64,000 bases of DNA, from the NCBI RefSeq assembly GCF_009914755.1, contig NC_060925.1, one strand, 5' to 3'. The DNA is from the human T2T-CHM13v2.0 reference genome, Homo sapiens. The position numbers and the translations under genes were made by a program. The number at the start of each line of letters is the position of its first letter. Positions within the stretch are counted from its first letter, which is position 1. The notes under the pieces were generated by a model. That model was not told the origin of the DNA. It worked only from the letters and a program-made list of their open reading frames with translations, and did not search any database. Positions 35,156 through 52,487 of this stretch are shown in pieces.

Positions 35156-35443
35156 CTGCCACCAAGTCTTCCATATCATTGTCCTCGATGATCTCTGTGA
35201 ACTCAGAGATACTTATGTCTTCCTGGCTGGTGGGGGCCACCAGTCCATGGATGTTGTCCAAGGTGATGTCATCCTCATAGCCCTCTCCCACCATGTGGAT
35301 GGAGGTCTCCTCATATTGGTTGTTGATCACTGACAAGTGGATGATACCTCTCATCCTCCCAACCTTCTGGGAGTGGAAAACGACATCAAATTCAGCTGTA
35401 TCTCCAGGAGAAACAACCAAGGAGGCTGTGTGAGCTTTCTTTG
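35156..35443 (-). CDS. HYDIN2: HYDIN-like exon L (~ex64), 288 nt: AKKAHTASLVVSPGD...DMEDLVA
   Basis: tttgcag|CA ... GCAG|gtggga; phase 1->1. Confidence 0.9.
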
Positions 35444-35667
35444 CTGCAAAGAGAAGAGAGAAGATATGATTTAGAACTAGTTTCAAGAAATGTGTATCTA
35501 TAAAGACCCCTGTTGAAGGGAAAGTAACCCTAGAATGGGAACGAGCCTTAGCTAGAGGCCAGTGGTGACGAGACTGGGCATTCCCCTCTGGCTGGGCCTT
35601 GAGTGGTCCCCTAATGAAGCAGCTACTGAGACCCATTGCCCTCTAGAAGCACCCTCCCCACACTTAC

Positions 35668-35770
35668 CTTTTACATGTGGTTTGTTTTCCTCTGTGATGT
35701 AGATATACGCGGTGGTGGGCCTCCCTTTCAGGGAGAAGACTCCTAGCTCATCCTGCAGGTCAACATGCAG
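35668..35770 (-). CDS. HYDIN2: HYDIN-like exon K (~ex63), 103 nt: LHVDLQDELGVFSLKGRP...NKPHVK
   Basis: ctgccag|CTG ... AAAG|gtaagt; phase 0->1. Confidence 0.88.
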
Positions 35771-37035
35771 CTGGCAGAAGGAAAGCAGGGATGAGTGCTA
35801 GGCTTACAGGCTGCTCATGGGCTTTGAGTCTGGGGTGAGATACTGTGCTGTGTTTGGGGCAGGACCCCAAAAAGGTATTATGCCTAGTATTCACTTTTTT
35901 GAATTTCTTATTAAGAGAGATAAATAATAAATATTAGACCTGGAGAGGACAGAAGAACATTCAGTCAGATCAGCCCTTGTTATCTGAGTGAGGAACTGGA
36001 GGTCCAAGGAGTATGCAGAACTTTCCAGATCACGTAGGTAGTGTCAAAATGTGGTTGCCAACACCTCTGTCATTAACAGAGGCAGTTATAAAATATACGC
36101 TAGGCCAATAAAATGCAAATGAATACTTGTAATTCTATAAGGGCCTGCATTGATGTCAATTCCTAAAAACCAGTATCTCCTAGGTGCTATGCATTAGTTT
36201 AGTTGCCTGATAGTGTCATGTTGAGCATCCTACCACAATAAGAGAAAAAACAAGGTGGGCATTTGACCTACTTGGAGAAAGTGGTGGTTTCTGGCCCATT
36301 ATAAGGAAGATAAGACTAAAGCCATGCATCTGATTTCGGATATGAGACATCAGCAGGCATTGTTAGAAGACAGTAATGTTGGCACCATCATGAAAAAGAT
36401 TGAATAATACAAAATATGAGGCATGGAGAAGGCAGAAATAGTGATATCACACGGGAAGCTTCTGAGATAAAAAATTATGTATTTAGAAACAACTTTAATA
36501 AGAAGCTATATGGAAGAATTATATGTAAGAATATTGACATAAAAGATCTAAATAAATGGGTGGAAATCCTAAATGTTCCTGGTGGAGAGTCTAAATACTC
36601 CGCAAGCAGAAATTCTACCAGATTCAGAGGCTTCCCGATGGGATTTTTAAAGGAACGTTATAAAATAATTATAAAGCTTATTTGAGAGATTAATAGGTGA
36701 AAATTGTTAAGAAAAATGGCAAAAACAGGGAATGGGTGGATAGGAATTCACTGAACCAGATGCTAAAACATATTATAAAGCCACAATAATGGAAACGATG
36801 CAGGGTAATGGTAAACTAGGTAACCTGAGCTCAAGGCAACAACAATTGCTAGACTAAATATATAAAAAAAAATTTTTTTTAAGCATAACAGAGCTACGAA
36901 GAGAATGAGGAGTAAATAGACCAGGATCTGTGAGAGTATAGAAATCCAGCAAGGTCAGTCTCACTTTCTGGGCAGTTTTTGTCCGCCCAGAGCATTTGCC
37001 AGTCAGGAAAAGGTAGACAGGAGGCTTGTCTGCAC

Positions 37036-37311
<276 letters not shown>

Positions 37312-38317
37312 TTGTCTGTACTTTTTATGGTCTTTTGGTGCTAAGAGGGCAAAAGTTCAAGGCCTGTGGAAGGTGACAATGCTTTCTTCTGGGCTGGGAC
37401 CTCAAAAGATGAAAGGTGAGCTGGATATAAACCAGCTTTCCCAAGGGTGGCAATCCTGCTCTGAGTCATCTGGGTAATCCAGAAAATCTCAAACCCTAAC
37501 ACTGGCTTAAAGTGATCCTGAATTTCTAGTGCCCCCAAGTGTTGGGCAGAAGCAAATGAAAATTGCCTCTGAAGAAAAATATGATCCTTAGTTTAATGAT
37601 TTCTAAATAACTTTTACAATATAATACCCAACACATGAACAGAAGATAACCAGGCACATGAGGAGGCAGGGCCACATGGGCAAAGATGAGTAGAAATAGT
37701 AGAAAAAGATGAGTAGAAATACCAGAAAGAGCCACAATGACTGTGGATTTTGGAATTATCTGGTATAGACTGTAAAATGCCTATGATTACTGTGTTCAAG
37801 AAATAAAAGTCATGTCTGACAATTTCAGCTAGAAACTAGAAACAGTAAACATGAATTATTCAGATTTTTAAAACAGCCTAATAGAAATTCTAAGACTGAA
37901 AAATATAATAACTTAAGGACTTAATGGAAACTTTAACAGTAGATTCAATACAGCTAAAGGGAGAGTTAATAAACTGAAGACAGGTCAAAAGAAATTATGC
38001 AGAATGAAGCCCAGAGGAAAAGTGAGTGGAAAATATAGTGAGACTAGAGACACAGAAGATATAGTGAGAAGGTCTTCTATATATTTAATTATCATCCCAG
38101 AAGTAGAGATTAGAGAGAATGAAATAGAAACAATATTTAAAGACATGTCTAGAAATTTTCCAAAATTGACTTAATTTTAATCCACAGAATCAAGAAGTCT
38201 AGTGAATTCTAACAAGGATAAATTAAAAGAACTCCACACCTGGACATATCATAGTAAAACTGTAGAAAACAAAGTGAAAATGTAAAAGGCAGTCAGAAAA
38301 AAAGAATGCCTTAAAGT

Positions 38318-38635
38318 AGCAGTCCCCAACCTTTTTGGCACCAGGAACTGGTTTCATGGAAGACAATTTTTCCATGGACCAGGCAATGGGGAATGGTTTT
38401 GGGTTGAAACTGTTCCACTTCAGATAATCAGGCATTAGATTCTTATAAGGAGCACGCAGCCTGGATCCCTCACACGTGCAGTTCAAAATAGGGTTTGCAC
38501 TCCTATGAGAATCTAATGCCGCTGCTGATCTGAGAGGAAGGGAGCTCAGGTGGTAATGTGAGTGATGGGGTGTGGCTGTAAATACAGATGAGCTTTTGCT
38601 CATGAGTCTGTGGCCTGGGGGTTGGGGACCCCTCT
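38318..38635. mobile_element. MER1B-like DNA transposon, within an old L1M
   Basis: cagtccccaacctttttggcaccagg...ggttggggacccct. Confidence 0.8.
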
Positions 38636-38869
38636 CTTAAAACATTTTAGGCTTATAGCTGACAAGTCAGCAGTTAACAACGGAAACCGGAATACAGTGG
38701 AATAATATCTCCCATTTGCTGAAAGAAAACAACTGCCAAACCAGAACTCTATAGCCAGTAAAAACGATGTTTAAAATGAAGGAGAAATAGAGACTTCACC
38801 ACCAGCAGACCCCCATTAAGGAAATACTGAAGAGTATTCTTCAGTTGGTAGGAAAAGGGTCCAAGATGG

Positions 38870-39226
38870 AGATATGGTTTGGCTGTGTCCCCATCCAAGT
38901 CTCATCTTGAATTGTAGCTCCCATAACTCCCATGTGTTGCGGGAGGGACCTGGTGGGAGGTAAATGAATCATGGGGGCGGGTCTTTCCCAGGCTGTTCTC
39001 GTGATAGTGAATAAGTCTCACAAGATCTGATGGTTTTATAAATGGGAGTTCCCCTGCACAAGCTCTCTTGCCTGCCACCACGTAAGACATGTCTTTCTCC
39101 TCCTTTGCCTTCCACTGTGATAGTGAGGCCTCCCCAGCCATGTGGAACTGTGAGTCCTATTTTTTCTTTATAAATTACCCAGTCTCAGGTATGTCTTTAT
39201 TGGTAGCATGAGAACTGACAAATACA
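38870..39226 (+). mobile_element. THE1 solo LTR with 5-bp TSD
   Basis: gatatggtttggctgtgtcccc...aataca; gatgg at 38865-38869 and 39227-39231. Confidence 0.88.
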
Positions 39227-40154
39227 GATGGAAAATTGGAGACCCAGGAATAAAGAGCAATAAAAATGATTAATAAATGAGTAAACCTAAATGGGCCATA
39301 AATGTATAAACAATAACAACAACAGCAGCAAGAACAATAGTGGCAATGTCTTGTAGGGTTTAAAATATTTAGAGAATCCCAAGCCTTCCACAAGTTGCTC
39401 CATTACTGTATCCTTTCATTTTTATCTTCCTTGCTCTTCTACCTATACCTATGCTCTCATGAAGCTGGGTGCTTACTAGCTCCTGTAGTAGTGTGCACGT
39501 TTTGTTTTGTTTTGTTTTGTTTTTTGGCTTCTGCACCTTTGAAGCTTTCTCTCTATTTCTGGTTTGCATGGACTGCCAAATGCCCACTGAAGGCATTGCT
39601 GAAACCCAACTCCTACAATGAGCCCTGTTCAAACGTCATTTACAGTGAATTTTCCCTTCATTGTCTAGATGGGAATAGATCTTTTTCAAAAGTCCTACAG
39701 TCCCTTGTAGAGCACAATACATCACATTTTGTAAAATAAAACCATAATTTAATCATTGAATCAAAATACATTTGAATGCTGTATTTTTCACCCCTCCTGA
39801 AGTTTCTTTTATCGTCTTATCCTCATTGCAAATGCAATGTTCATTACAGAAAACAATTAAAAAAATAAAGAAGATATTAAGAACACCCATAATCCTACCC
39901 ACTCAGCTTGGTGCACATCACTGCACACTACCTTGGACAGTAGTTAATGATATATTGTGGAATCTGGTTTCTTACTTTCCTTGAGGACAAATGTCATGCC
40001 AGATTCCCCTCTGCATGTCCCTGACACATAGGTTAATGTATGTGGATCAACAGAGAAGTCCTCATACATTAGGCATGGCAGAGGACCCAGTGGCAGAAGT
40101 GTAACTTCTGGATTCTTCTCCCTTTCAGCCTCATGCTTCACCCTCGAGTATTAC

Positions 40155-40344
40155 CTGGGCAGGGAGGACACCATTGTTCTTGAGGATGAGAGGCAGCTTC
40201 TCTGAATGACCAAGGAGAAGCCTCTTAAAGAGGAGCAAGGGGTTTCCATATTGGTTATGAAGAACTGGCCGCACAACCGTCACTCGAGGGAGGTTCCCCT
40301 CACCAGCGATGTCAAACACGAGGCCTCGGCTCTTGGCCAGAGTG
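40155..40344 (-). CDS. HYDIN2: HYDIN-like exon J (~ex62), 190 nt: STLAKSRGLVFDIAGEG...KNNGVLPAQ
   Basis: cctacag|C ... CAG|gtaata; phase 2->0; 118-bp intron separates it from exon I. Confidence 0.9.
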
Positions 40345-40462
40345 CTGTAGGGGACAGGAAGATTGTAGCCTGTCAGCCTGGCATGGTGGGAATGACACTC
40401 CCTACAGAGTGTGGCCTGCAGCCCTGCTGCAGGAGAGGGAGCTGGGAGCTGGGAGCTGGTAC

Positions 40463-40614
40463 CTGGGCAAGCCATCCAAGGTAGCCTCAAAGATGCACTG
40501 GTAGTTCTGCATGATCTGCGGGGTGAAGGACACCGTGGCAAAGGCATGGGAATGACTGGCAATGCACATCTTGCTGGGTTCCACTTCAAAAATGTCGACG
40601 ATGCGGGCAAAGGG
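40463..40614 (-). CDS. HYDIN2: HYDIN-like exon I (~ex61), 152 nt: PFARIVDIFEVEPSK...EATLDGLP
   Basis: caccag|CCC ... CCCAG|gtacca; phase 0->2. Confidence 0.88.
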
Positions 40615-40924
40615 CTGGTGATGGGGGCAGAGACCAGAGTGTGTCAGTGCCTTTGTATTCTCACCAGGCTTACTCCTTATTTTCAGGAGTCCCCCACCTC
40701 TCATCTAAGTGCTGTGGTGGACATGCTCCACTGCCTGCAGGGTGAGGGGCTCTGGAGGGAACAGCCTGGGACCCACCCCTGAATGATGCCTGGCTAGATT
40801 TGGCTAGACCTATGATTTTTGACTCAAATTGATGAACTAAGCCAGGAATCCAGATATTCTCCCTGCTACCCCACCCCTGTCAACTAAATTGGGATGCCCA
40901 AAGATTGGTGTTGGTTGGTTTTTA

Positions 40925-41219
<295 letters not shown>

Positions 41220-41804
41220 GGTGCTGGTTGTTAAAATGTGGAGCTGAGCTGGGAGCTGGCTGAATCACATGCAAGATGAGAAAGCTGGATGAGAGAATGG
41301 AGCAGTGGAAACCCTGTGAGAGAGACATGTGGCTCTTGAGAGATGGACAGAGCATCCGCTGGTCTTCTAAAGGGCGGACTTCAGGTGATGGTGCCAGTCC
41401 CAAGAAGTCCCGGCCACGTGATGTGTTCTGACCTGTGCCTGAGGTGTCTGATTCACTGCAGTAAGCCTTGCTTTGTCTGGGCTAATCTGAGAGGGTTTCT
41501 GCTCCTTGTAACTCCAAGAGCCTTGGCTAGAACAACCTCCCACAGCACTTTATCTGTTCCCAACTTGTGGCAGTGTTTTGGGACTGTAAGGAGCCCTGGC
41601 ATGGCCTTAAAAGGATTTTTCATTCTCATGGGAAGTAGGTGGGATTCAAGACTGACTATTCCCTCTTGTTCTTAAACTGAGGGCACTCAGGTTTCTTTTT
41701 GCTTTTTCCAAAGGAAAGCCTTCAAGTCTGCAAACTAGGGTGGAGGAGAACATGTGATATCTGCAAATCCTCTTATAAAGTCTCTCTTTAGAAATAAGAC
41801 TTGT

Positions 41805-42103
<299 letters not shown>

Positions 42104-42185
42104 TCAGTCTTCCTCACTTTTTATGTTTTTAGTACAGAAGAGGAAGAAAGCTGCCCCTTAGTATCCCAAATAAGATTAGAGAATA

Positions 42186-42531
<346 letters not shown>

Positions 42532-43525
42532 TCATAAAACGGATTATGTAGTCTCCCCAACCATACCTCTCTGCATTGACATTCCCCAGGAATGCACACT
42601 CCATATGTAGCTCTAGGCTGATACCAAAACCCTTGGTGACCTCCCCACCACCCTCAACTGTGAACAATGCCAGCTCTGGGGCCTGAGGACCTCCTGGGCC
42701 CAGATTCTACTTTCAGGCAGAGAACTGAAGCAGCCTTCATAAAACTAGAGTATTTGCCGCACATTGGATTGGAAATTAAGGGTGACGGAAACCCACTGAT
42801 TAAGACCTCTCTTGGTATCCTGAATTTTCTGTTCTGCTGTGAAAAAATGTATGATCTGACTCAGAGAGAAAAGGCAGTTTCGAGCCTGGCAGCCCCCTGA
42901 GATGGGCAATTATTTCATCTTGTATGTGGATGAAGCTTGGCTTTAAGCCCAGCCCTATATTCTCAAGCTCTGGGACCTAGGGGAAGGATTTAGCTTTTTA
43001 AGCCTCAGTTTCCCTAACTGTAGAATCGGGATAATAATACAAAGTCGGAAGAGTTGTTGTGAGGGCAAAAGGAGGCAGTAAATATAAATCACTTAGCACA
43101 GTGCTTGTCACATGGGAAGGGCTAAAACATGCTCATCATTTCACCTTATCCTCAGAATCTGATGCCCCCAAATCTCCCTTACCAGCAGAATATGCAGCTG
43201 GAGGTAGGCCTGTCTGGAGCTGGCACTCACCTTAGCCTCTCCCCACCATGCTTTGTCTATTTTAGGCACATAGTGAGCATTCAATGGAGGAATGCGGTTT
43301 GCTGGTCCATGCGTACTTATCACAAAGGTACCCGGAGGAGACACCCACTGGGACAAATGTATCACCACTGGCCTAGGGGAAAGCCCCCGGTTACTTCACA
43401 TAACTTCCAGCAGGGCCAGATAATTTCCACTCACGCATACAGGCTCCAGAGCAGAGGATGCTGAGAGCCCTTTTTCCAGCTTTATGTGAACCATGCTGGG
43501 CCAGGGGCCATTGGGAGCGTCTTAC

Positions 43526-43761
43526 CTTATTGGAGATAGGCCTGACTACAATGTTGACATCACAGGTGATCTTTCCCACGTTGCTGATCTTGAAACGAGC
43601 CTTGGCTTGGCGGCCCACCAGGACATTGCAGAAGATGAACTTGTTCTCATCCTCGACGAACAGCCCCCCGCTCTCTATGGTCTGCAGGATGTGGTGCAGG
43701 TTGGCACTGGTACATATCTGGTGCTCTTCAAATATCAAGGCATTGTTTTCGGTCACGAAGG
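43526..43761 (-). CDS. HYDIN2: HYDIN-like exon H (~ex60), 236 nt: AFVTENNALIFEEHQ...VRPISNK
   Basis: ccccag|CC ... AAG|gtaaga; phase 1->0. Confidence 0.9.
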
Positions 43762-44454
43762 CTGGGGAGTGAAGGGGAAACTATGAGATGCTGCCTGATT
43801 GCTGGATTCCCGCTCTGTGATTCCTAATTTGGAACTCTGGATTCTCACAAAGGAGAATCGTGGAGGACACATAGGGGAAGTCATGCAAGGGGGTGTGAGG
43901 GATGGGAAACATTCTGTCTTGTCTTCCTCTTTTGTACAGTCCTTGCTGGTTGCCACACTCCAGTGAGCGTTTTTCTCCCAATGGTAAGATCCAAGATCTG
44001 GGGTGTGCTATGGAGGGAAGGAGGCAACTGGCCCACTATGCTTCAAGGCTCCAGGGATCCTATCGTCAAAGCATGAGGCATTCTCTTTGCACCTCATCTG
44101 CCCTCCTGCTGGGTTACAGATTTTGCATGCTCAGTAACTGAACATTGTTCTCTGTGGACATGTTGCCCACCGGGAGTGGCCTGGCCATGAGCGGGACTCA
44201 GTGCTCCTGGGTCCTGTGCCACAGCCCATCCCATCATGATTCTCAGATAACACTATTCATCTGGGAATCCAGGACCAGCCTCCTGGGAGTGTGAAGCTGC
44301 ACCTCCTCCCTTAGGTATATGCCCTGGAAAAATACAACTGAAGACACTAGAGGAAGTTCTAGGACCCTGAAGGAAGCATCCCAGCCATGTCTGCCAGAAA
44401 TCTTTGGAAAAACTTGCAAGAAAGAAGGTAGAAGTGTTACAGATGAAGGTCTTT

Positions 44455-44990
<536 letters not shown>

Positions 44991-47900
44991 CTGCAGGACA
45001 AGGGTGGGAGGGATAGGAGGCTTGGAGGCAGAGTGAGTGACAGCCAGACTATGGGGGCTGTTAGATGGTGTGGAGAGGGGGAGGGACACGTGGGGCTTCT
45101 TCTCACAGGCACTCTCTGGGCCCTCTTTCCTCTCCTCCTGGAGGGACAGAGGGCCAGGGATGGGAAGGGGGTCTTCAGTGATAGGTTGCTCTCTCAGTGC
45201 TTCCTTCTATGCAAATTCATTTAGACCAATCATGTTTGAACTAAGGGTTTAAAGGAACAGATAGACTCCACATCATATAGCACTTATTCAGCTGGGCATC
45301 TTGAAGCAGAGGGGTGCAGAATGGCGTAGTGGGTGAGGTTATGGGCCTTTGAGTGACACACACCTGGGTTTGAATCCCAGCCCTGCTAAATATTGACTGT
45401 TTGACCTTAAACAAATGACTTCTCTGAGTCTCAGTTTATTTATCTATAAAATGGGGCTAAAGCCCCGACCCCAGAGATTGCTGGAGGTTTAAATGAAAGA
45501 ACAGGTGTGAAGCATGTAGCATAGCATCTGGTATGGAATTAGTGCTAAAACAAAACAAAACAAAACAAAACAAAACAAAACAAAACAGGATGTTGGTGCA
45601 ATCCTTAGATGTCCCGGCTCTTCTCTCTCCTGCTTGTAGTTTTCCGGATGACCGTAGAATGTGCTGACAATGCAGTGGCCTGAGATAAGGGAAGGGTCTG
45701 GAACAGCCCAGGATCTGTTCTCATCCTTCCTTGAACAGAATGTCCTGCAGTGCTTCAGCTCAGAGATCCACATTTCCTCTGGAGCACAAAATCCAGGGCA
45801 GAATGCTTTTGGTGTGCTTCAGCTGCAGTGTGAAGTGGGGCATGCATTGACAGGACTTCATCTATCCAAGGCAGCTTTCTTGAGCCTTGGGGGACCAGCT
45901 GTCCATGAATATGAGTCTTCTGTTGGTTCTTGCTACCTATCCGTGAGTGATAACTTGCTTTGCGTGACTTGTGTGAGTGTTCTGCTGCACTGGACTCATA
46001 CCCTGGCAGTTGGATTTGTGCAAAACCTCTGGCAGCTGGGGTTTGTGAAGGACATCCTGCCAGATCTAGGAACCACAGCAGAAATCAGTGCTGAGTCTAG
46101 TGGCACTCTTCACACAGGCATCTGTGTGGATGCAGCCCCTAGCATTGTGCAGTGTGACTGCACAGACATACACGGAAGCTGCTATTAACTGACTTGGTCA
46201 CTATTTACAGAATACCTACTATGTGCTAGGAGATGTCCTGGGCACTGGTGATTCCCAGATAAACCATCCTGACAGAAGAGAAGGTTGGAGAATAGTAGAA
46301 AATGGCATGATGTTGTCTCAAAGGAGCAAGGTCATAGTGAGGGCAAAGAACAGCTGAAATGAGTGGAACTGAGGCAGCAGAAAGCTAGAAGAGATGGAAG
46401 CAGTCAGAGAAAGAGGTCTTGGAAATCAAGGATTCAGAAGCACCTCAGTTTCTTGTGATGTAAGATCCAGGCTCTGACCATTAAAATAAGTTGCCAATGT
46501 AGAGGAGAGGATAAGTTCATTGCAACTGAAAGGCAGAGTGCTGGAGAGGCTGTTTCACTGAAGTCTGAGAAGATATGGTAGGCAAAGAAGGAAAAAAAAA
46601 TCTGTAGAAGAGATGAGAGTTATAGAAACATATGTAGAAAATTATGTTTGTTAATGAAATAGAAGCCTTTGCTTGACAAGTGGAAACCATTTGAAAAGAC
46701 ATAAAAACCAACATGTAGAAAACCCAGTTCACTTCAATCAATAATTATTGCTGTTCATAGAGTGCAGAATACCTGCTTCTCTCATTGCCTTCAATGCAGA
46801 GGTGGTGGCTGGAGTTGCAGAGGCCACCTTGCAACCATGAGGGAAAGGCCAAGAGAATCACAAGCAACAATAAACTATTAAACCAACATCAGCAATTGCC
46901 TACCCCATTTAAATATGCCATATTTGTTTAAACCACTAATGTTGGATTTTCTGCTATCTGCAGCCAAACGTGATTCTGATACACAAATCAAGCACCTCCT
47001 CCTCTGTGAAGCCTTCAATGACTCTTCACAGCTACCCGGAACAGCAAGACTTCATTCTTCAATTTTTCTAGAGTCTATCCATGTACATGCACCTCAGTTA
47101 TAGTACACGCACCTCAATTATAGTATTTACCATCTTGCTTAACAACTGCTCATTCACCTGCTTTTTATAAAGAATTCCTATTGTCTGTCTTCAAGTTCAC
47201 TGATTCTTTCCCCGCTCTGTCTAAAATATTTCCTCTACATCCATTTAAAACCATATCAGACAGTATTATATAGTTTTGCTTCCATTGACAAACATAATTT
47301 AGAAAACCCAGGAAGAGAAGTAAGGTCTACTGAATTTACCTACATTATTGCTTACCATGTTTTTTTCTTCCTTGTTGATGTCCCATGATTTTATCTTCTG
47401 TTATTTACTTTCTGTTTTGAGAACTTCCTTTAGCCATTCTTATAGGGTAAGTCTACTGGTGACAAATTCTTTTAGCTTTGTTTCATTTGAGAAAGTCGAT
47501 TTTCCATTTATCCCTGAGAAATATTTTTGCTGGATATAAGATTCTGGGTTCACAGTTATTGGTTCTCTACACTTGAAAATATTGTGCCACTTTCTTTTGG
47601 GTCTCTACGGTTTTTGTAAGAAATCTGCTGTCATTCAAGGTTCATTTCTCTCTTGATGTGTTCAAGACATTTTTTTTCTTTTCTTTAATTTTCAGAAGTT
47701 TGACTATGATGTGTGTTGGTAAGGATTTCTTTTGGTTTCTCCTATTTGGGTTTGCTCAGATTCTTGAGTCTGTAGGTTTACATCTTTTGCCAAATTTGAA
47801 AAGTTTTCTGTCATTATTCCTTTGAGTATATTTTCAGTCCCACCCTCTTTTGTAACTCTTTCTGGAACTCCAATGACAAGCGCATTAGATCTTTTGTTAT

Positions 47901-48002
47901 GGTTCCACAGATCCCTGAGCATCAATTCATTTTTTCTCATTAGACTTAAATAGACTTTCAAGGGACTCAAAACAGAGTCTACTTTCTCTCTTTTGTTTAG
48001 AC

Positions 48003-48878
<876 letters not shown>

Positions 48879-50429
48879 TGAGTTCTAAATTTGTTTATTT
48901 ATCTTCAATTCCAGAATCTCCATTTGCTTCTTCTCTACATCTTCTGTCTTTGCTGAGACATATTATTTTAAAAATTTTCCAAGCATGCTTATAATTGCTC
49001 GTTGAAACATTTTCAGATAATTCTAACACCTCTCTCATCTCAGTGTTGTCATCTAGCATTTATCTATTTTCCTTCAGTTTCAGTTCTTCCTGGTTCTTGG
49101 TGTGATGAGTGATTTTCAACTGAAACCTGGACATTTTGGGTGTTATGCTATGAGACTTGGGATCTGATTTAAATCTTCTGTTTGGGCTGGCTTTCTTTTG
49201 GCACTGCCCTGGCAGGGGAAGGTAGTATACTGCCTTGCTACTGCCAGATGGGGGCAGTAGTCCAGATTCCCCACTCAGACCCATCATTCCTGCTGGGCAG
49301 GGGTGGGTGTCCCAGCTCTCCACTAGTCCTCAACTGATACGTGCCTGGTGGGGATTGGTGAGTGCCTGTTACTGTTCTGTTGATGCCATGGGAGATGGAG
49401 GGGTCCTCTGACACCATTCCAGCAGGGGATGGGGGAATGTCTCATTACCACTAGGTTGGGGTGGACGTCATGGTTCCCCATGTGGTATCTCCACAAACAG
49501 CACAGGAGGTGGTGGGGGACACTTGTTACCACCCATGGGAATGAAAGTCTCGGCTTGGTATTCGACCTTCTCTGACGCCACCCTGGCAAGGGGGTGGGGC
49601 ACCTCATGACAGCTTGGAGAGGGTGGAGTCTAGACTCTCTATTTGGCCTTTGCTAGCAGAGGTGGCGTGGGACCAAATATTTTTCTTTGGTGTTTGGCTG
49701 TGGTAGAACAGTTATTATATAGAAGTTTTCTGTCTTTCTAGGTTAACTGTTGTCTTTTGGTTACTGTCTAGAAGTTTTCTGTCTTTCTAGGGGCAACCTA
49801 GAAAGGCAGAAAGAAAGTAGGAGTAGGCTTCTGTTGGGGCTTTCTTTTTGTCTGTGTCTGTTGATGTTTTAGGGTTGCTGGCTGCTTCAGCACCCAGTCT
49901 GGGAGATATGAGGCAAAAAGAAAACTTGGGAACTCACCACCTTGATCTTCCTTGGGTCCCAAAGTCCCTGGGGCTGGTCTGGTTTCTTCTCTCTACCTTT
50001 CAGAGTCTGAAGTCTGTTTTATACATGATGCCCAGGGTTTTTAGTTGTACTTAGTTGGGAAGAATAGGGAAAAGTACATCTAGTTGATCTTACCAGAAGC
50101 AGAAATCCTTGAATCTCCTTTTATTTAAGCCTGTTTGAATGGGCTTCTCTTTCTTATAAGCAAATTATTCTTGATTAAAATACATATGAAGAGTAGAAAC
50201 AATTTTAAGGCAGTGGCAAGCCAATGAAGGTTTTAAAGCAAAAGAGGATATCCAAATTAAAGGTCATAACATCTTAGCTTAAAATGAAAGTGACATTTCA
50301 GTATAATTATTTCATATTCCTGCCATGATGGATTCAAATCCTGTTATCCTAGGGAGGTATTTGGTGTCAAGAGCTAATTGGGAGTTGGCCTTACTGGGTA
50401 TCTGTAAGAACAGGGAAAAGGACACGCAC

Positions 50430-50547
50430 CTGGCCTGTGGTGGTTACTTCTTTCTGAATCGTGTCAGAGAACTTGGCTGCTCTGGAAGAGCCAGTTTTGT
50501 AGAAGCTCTCACTTTCTCGGGATCTTGCATGTCTGACGTGGCTGGCT
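50430..50547 (-). CDS. HYDIN2: HYDIN-like exon F (~ex58), 118 nt: ASHVRHARSRESESFYK...EVTTTGQ
   Basis: taatcag|A ... CAG|gtgcgt; phase 2->0, fits both neighbours. Confidence 0.85.
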
Positions 50548-51955
50548 CTGATTAAAGAAGCAAGAGTATACCCTTAGATTGTGGGGTCGGGGGTAACATT
50601 AGACACCACCTGTCTGTTTTCTTGCAAGGGCCCTTCTCCCAGGAATGGGGGAACGGGCCCTTCTTTGCCCAAGAGGACACTGGAGTGGCATAGTTAGCTA
50701 GTTAATCACTGACCAGACTCATTTAGCAACTGTAAGGAAACTAGGCGGTAATTATACTTATTAAATATGATTTATAGGGACACCAAAAATTACTGCAAGA
50801 AGATAGTAAGTTTTAAATGCCTACTTGAGTTCGCTGGAAAGCAGTGGGCAGAAAATTACTTGTGGATGTCAAATGTTTTACTTAATCTGATTTTAAAAAA
50901 TGAAATGGCAAATAAATTAAGCTCTTTTCTGTATCTTCACATTTATAGTTGTGATGTTTTTAAGGTTTAGTATAAGCAGTAGTTCAAATGTAGGTCTTGG
51001 TAGTTGTTCACTTGCCTTGAAACTAGTTTATCCAATAATTAGTTTGCCTAGAGACCAGTTCACCTAAAATATTCAAATGTATCTGAAATGCATCTTAAGC
51101 TTTTGAGAATTTTATATATTCAAGCATTCACTTGCTTAATGACCAGAACACCTGAAGTTCAACCCCCTTTCGTGTGTTTTGTATGAACTTGTGCATGCTA
51201 AAATAAAAAATAAATAAAAACCAATGTAAAGCAAAACAGAATTAAGTCATAATCATTATAGACATTACATTGTTATAAATTGTAAAAAAATTCAGTTGAA
51301 ATTAAACTAGGAAGAAAGAGACTTTACACAATTCAACTCTACATTTTAAAAAATGTTCAAATTTTGTCAAATCAGAAAAGAATAGCTACAGAAATATAAA
51401 ACAACTACAATGTAAAGCCATACATCTTATTTAAAAGAATTAACTAGAAAGTCAAAATTAAATCAGAAGTGCCTCAGGAATCGGTAAAAACCATCCTTAA
51501 TTTGCCCGAAAAAGAGTATGGCAGCCCAGTAGAAGCCAAAAGCACTCAAAAGACAAATTGTTTTGGGTGAATTGATTGACAGCCTCCTTTTGAAGAACAT
51601 GGAGTTTTGCTGTTGGAACAACTATTAAGGTAGCTTTGTGAAGGTGTTTTCATGGGGAGAAGGCAATAATAGTAACAGGCAATAACAATAATAGTCCCTG
51701 GTAGGCTGAAGGCATCACCGCACTTCCTCTCTTCCACGCTTCCAGAGCAGCCCCACCATGAAGCACTGCTACGATTTCTTTTGATTTAGCTTCCTATGAT
51801 AATAATTTCTTGGCGTTGTACAGAATGACACATAGGACAATGATCTAACAAGTCCTTCAGCACGCCAGGAGCACCAGGACAACAGACAAAATTCCAGGCA
51901 GAAGACTGTGTTTGTTCAACTAAAATTTATGATATATTCTACAGGAAATCTATGA

Positions 51956-52343
<388 letters not shown>

Positions 52344-52487
52344 TAAATGAGCCATTTCTAAATCTTACTGATCTCACCCACAAAACGGGATTGGGTGAAT
52401 TTAAGTAAGATATACGAAAGCTCTTTATAAAATATAAAGCATAAATTAAAGAGGGAATGGAATGAGTTAAGTAAATATTTGTCTTAC

